A DNA stretch of 64,000 nt from Dictyostelium discoideum. Taxonomy: Eukaryota. The stretch spans positions 4,288,001 through 4,352,000 of the forward strand of contig CM000153.2 in assembly GCA_000004695.1 (NCBI GenBank), in the 5' to 3' direction. Positions 60,985 to 64,000 of this stretch are shown piece after piece. The notes under the pieces are model-generated. The model was not told where the DNA came from, did not search any database, and saw only the letters and a program-made list of their open reading frames with translations. Position 1 is the stretch's first letter, and each line of letters begins with the position of its first letter. The position numbers and the translations under genes are program-made.

Positions 60985-63900
60985 ATTATTTATAGTTTGA
61001 ATGTTGTATTAATTAATAAATATTAATATTTGAAAAATTAAAGCGCCACCATTACCAGAAAAAAATAATATTATAGCTACAGATTTTAGTTTATATGATA
61101 ATAAAATTATGATTAGTTATTTTTCAATTTATTCATGGAATAGAGCAAATTTAATATCATTATCATTTATTGATAATTTAAAATCAGATATATGTGATTC
61201 TGATTGTAGAATTGAAAAATCTGGTAATTATTATATGATTTATATGAAAATTAATAATTTTGATACAATGACATTTTCAATAAATTCAACATACCATAAT
61301 AATTTCAATTTTGCTCTAACTATTAATGGAATTTTTAAAAATACAAAAAGTAAGTATTTTCATTTTAAAAAATAACAATATAAAAAACTAAATATAAAAC
61401 AATTTATTAATAAATGAATAAAAAAAAAAAAAAAAAAAAAAATTTTAGAAGCTAATATGGTAATTCCAACAAACGTTAAATTTTATCCATCGGGTCCATT
61501 TATAAATAGATTTAGTGTTAATAGTTATAGCTATAGTTTAATTAATTTAGATTCAGATGAACCAATTAAATATTTATCATCAAACTATGTAAATTCAAGT
61601 GGTTTTGAAAAATTTGAAATTCAAATGAGTCAAATAATTTTTACAAATAAATTATCACAAGCATTTTTAAATCAAAATCATTTAATGAATGAAGCATATT
61701 ATGAATATAGATATTGGAATAATCAAACAATAAATAATAATATTAATCAAGTTAATAAAAATGAAAAGTTATTATCACCACTTTACCAAATTGAATCATA
61801 TATAAATGGAGATGTTGTATCGGGTCCTCCTTTTACTACATATACAGCTTCGATAGGTGCAATGGATTTTTTAGGTATTGGTTCAATAAATACTAAAACT
61901 CTTTCATTCCCAATGGTTTTAATGTATCCACAAATATCATTTACAAAGTATTATTCATTCCCATTTGGATGTAGTGTTGCAAATGAATCAACATATATAA
62001 CATCGATAACTCAACCAATGAGTAATGGTATTCAAGGAACTTTAAAAGTTTTTATTGGTGGATCAAATGTATATAGTGTAGATGCTAGTTCAATTCCAAA
62101 GGAAACTTTAATATTTTCATTGGAATTTATTTATATTGGTTTTAATAAATTCATGGTTAAAACTAAAATTGGGGGTGATTTTTATTTTATAACAAGTCAA
62201 AGTTATGATTTTGATTTTGCTGTTGTTAAAGCTACTGGTTATGATGGTGTTGGATCATATTCTAATATTTTTCAACCTTCATTTGGTCAATTTAAAGATT
62301 TTACAACATTCAGAGCATTTAGTGGTGATTTAAAAGAAACACAATTACCAAAACATTTATTACCAAGAATTCCAAATTTAAATGAAATCATTGAATCACC
62401 AATAATTAATTCATTAAAATTTGAAGTTCAATCAATGAATACAACCGATGTTGGTGGATTAAATACAGTTTATTTAGGTTTTAATAATTTTGACTTTAAA
62501 CATTCAATTTTTCATCATCCATCATTTATTTTATCACCTAAAAGTTTATCTTCAAATATTCATTTTCATAAAGCAATACCTTTCACTTTAATTGATGAAA
62601 ATAAAAAATTATTTAAAGCAGAATTTTATGTACCAGCTAATTTACCAACTGGAGAAGTTGATTATTCAATTGTAAATAATGTTGGTTATGAATATACTTC
62701 AAGTTATATTAAATCATATTTATTAAATAATCCATCAACTGATAGTAATGTGAATGATACATCGTCATTATATACTTATTCAGAATATGGTTATTCATTA
62801 CCACCAATAATTAAATCGTATTCATTTGAAAAAGAAATAGTTGAAATTAATGATTTACAAAATTTAAATAGAATTAATTTAACAATTCAATTACAACCAT
62901 CAAGAAATCAATTTGATAACGGTTTCATTTCAATTGAAAGTTCAAGTATTACTACATTTAGAAAGATGTATTTTAATTTTTCATTTACAAATGAACAATT
63001 AGTTGGCGGTACAAATGATACATTTACATTTGAATTGAAATTTCCATGTTTTACAAGTAAATATGAAATTATAAATGTTACATTGATTGATAAACAAGGC
63101 TATTTATCCTCATTTAATAAATATTCATATAATGGTGATATTACTACAACAATACCATTACCAATTGACCCATTCATGATTTTTAATACTGTGAAGGGAT
63201 TTAGTGTGCAATGCAATCAATTGGCAATTCTAGAATCATCTCCAATAATTACATCATTAACCGCAAATTTAAATTCAATAATAACTAATTCACCAATTAC
63301 AAAAGATTTACAATTTACTCTACAAGTTAAAGATCCAATTGGTTTAATGACAGAATCACAATTACCATTTATTTATTTAGTTGGTGGTTTAATTGATGAT
63401 ACTATTAGAATACCTTTTGAAATTTATCAATATAATGATACATTTGCGACTTTTAAATCGAATCCTATCACTGTCCCATTTGGTTTTGGTTTACCATTTT
63501 TATCAATTCCATTATCAGTATATGGTATTTGTAATAAAGTTGGTATTATTAGTGGATACAATAAAAATCAATTAAAAGGAATGAATAACACACAAATTAT
63601 CCATGAAATTCCAATTGTTTCAATAAATTTAACCAACATACCAATAATTTTAGATTCATCAGCATTCTATAGTATAGGTGGAAATTTAACATTATTTGGA
63701 AAGAATTTACAAGATGCTTTATCTGTTAACGTTTTAATTCAATCAACCCAATTATCATATCCAGTAATTGGAAATCAAAATGAAAGTTATTTAACAATTA
63801 ATTTACAACCAATTAATGAACCATTTTATGTTAATATAACCAATAGTAATTTATTTTTAATAGTTCCAATTCAAGTGCCCAATAAAGTTAATGAATATAA

Positions 63901-64000
63901 AATTGTACCATCAACACCAATACCAACAAATCCTCCTCAAAAATGTATTGGTAATCCACAATGTGGTGGAGCAACACATGGTACATGTACTGAATCAGGT
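60548..64000 (+). CDS. Large secreted, heavily N-glycosylated cell-surface-type protein whose 3' end runs off the window end. Exons: 60548..60947, 61044..61349, 61449..64000+. It has repeated beta-rich modules (IPT/TIG-like, resembling the Dictyostelium Tgr/LagC-type adhesion protein family) and an EGF-like start (CIGNPQCGGATHGTCTESG) at the window edge.
   Basis: Signal peptide MKLLFFLIFFLLINFNIFVES. Donors are GTAAAT and GTAAGT; acceptors are AATTAAAG and ATTTTAG. From 61449 there is more than 2.5 kb of open frame with no stop to nt 64000. Its absence from the ORF track fits a stop lying beyond the window. The family call is tentative. Confidence 0.55.

Noticed and set aside
1-64000. CRISPR arrays, prokaryotic defence or toxin systems, rRNA/tRNA genes, retrotransposons (TRE/DIRS/Skipper)
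   Set aside because: There are no direct-repeat/spacer architectures. Every repeat is either a microsatellite or a coding amino-acid repeat. I did not notice ORFs resembling reverse transcriptase, integrase or transposase. The sequence is clearly spliced eukaryotic genes.

Overview
This window is eukaryotic nuclear DNA with the hallmarks of Dictyostelium discoideum or a close dictyostelid; it is not prokaryotic. The basis is roughly 75-80% AT, long poly(dA:dT) tracts, (CAA)n/(AAT)n coding microsatellites giving poly-Gln/poly-Asn proteins, and short AT-rich GT..AG introns concentrated at the 5' ends of genes. No operon, CRISPR array, rRNA, tRNA, phage or defence-island structure is present, so I reject the idea that this window carries a new prokaryotic system. 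The supplied ORF track is prokaryote-style. It accepts TTG/GTG starts written as M (for example 83..265 starts on TTG), splits spliced genes into pieces and translates microsatellites into spurious ORFs. I therefore rebuilt gene models by hand from splice-site consensus (GTAAGT/GTATGT ... AG), frame continuity and remembered homology. Exon ends should be read as accurate to within a few nt. I count about 24 protein-coding genes on both strands. One (1..4809, -) runs off the window start and another (60548..64000, +) runs off the window end. The confident calls are: a GH9 endoglucanase; a GNAT acetyltransferase; an RBR (RING1-IBR-RING2) E3 ligase with a poly-N/Q N-terminus and a UBA/CUE-like motif; alkyl-DHAP synthase (two exons, 611 aa); the complete RME-8/DNAJC13 gene (six exons, 2592 aa); Atg8 (three exons, 122 aa); SF3B6/p14; a ZIP-family zinc transporter (four exons); Ku80 (two exons); an opposite-strand pair of PTGR1-like MDR oxidoreductase paralogs, one intronless and one with an intron; a cAMP-receptor-like 7TM GPCR; a CEMIP/TMEM2-like G8-domain secreted protein with a (TTTP)n linker; HGSNAT (three exons); and a Pho80-type cyclin. 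Several secreted Cys-rich or cell-surface proteins are also present. The less ordinary observations are a 472-bp microsatellite-filled intron in the alkyl-DHAP synthase gene, palindromic and inverted-repeat elements in the intergenic region between two head-to-head genes, G-box/C-rich elements upstream of two genes, an intron present in one paralog and absent in the other at the same site, a possible small ncRNA locus, and one small-gene region I could not resolve.
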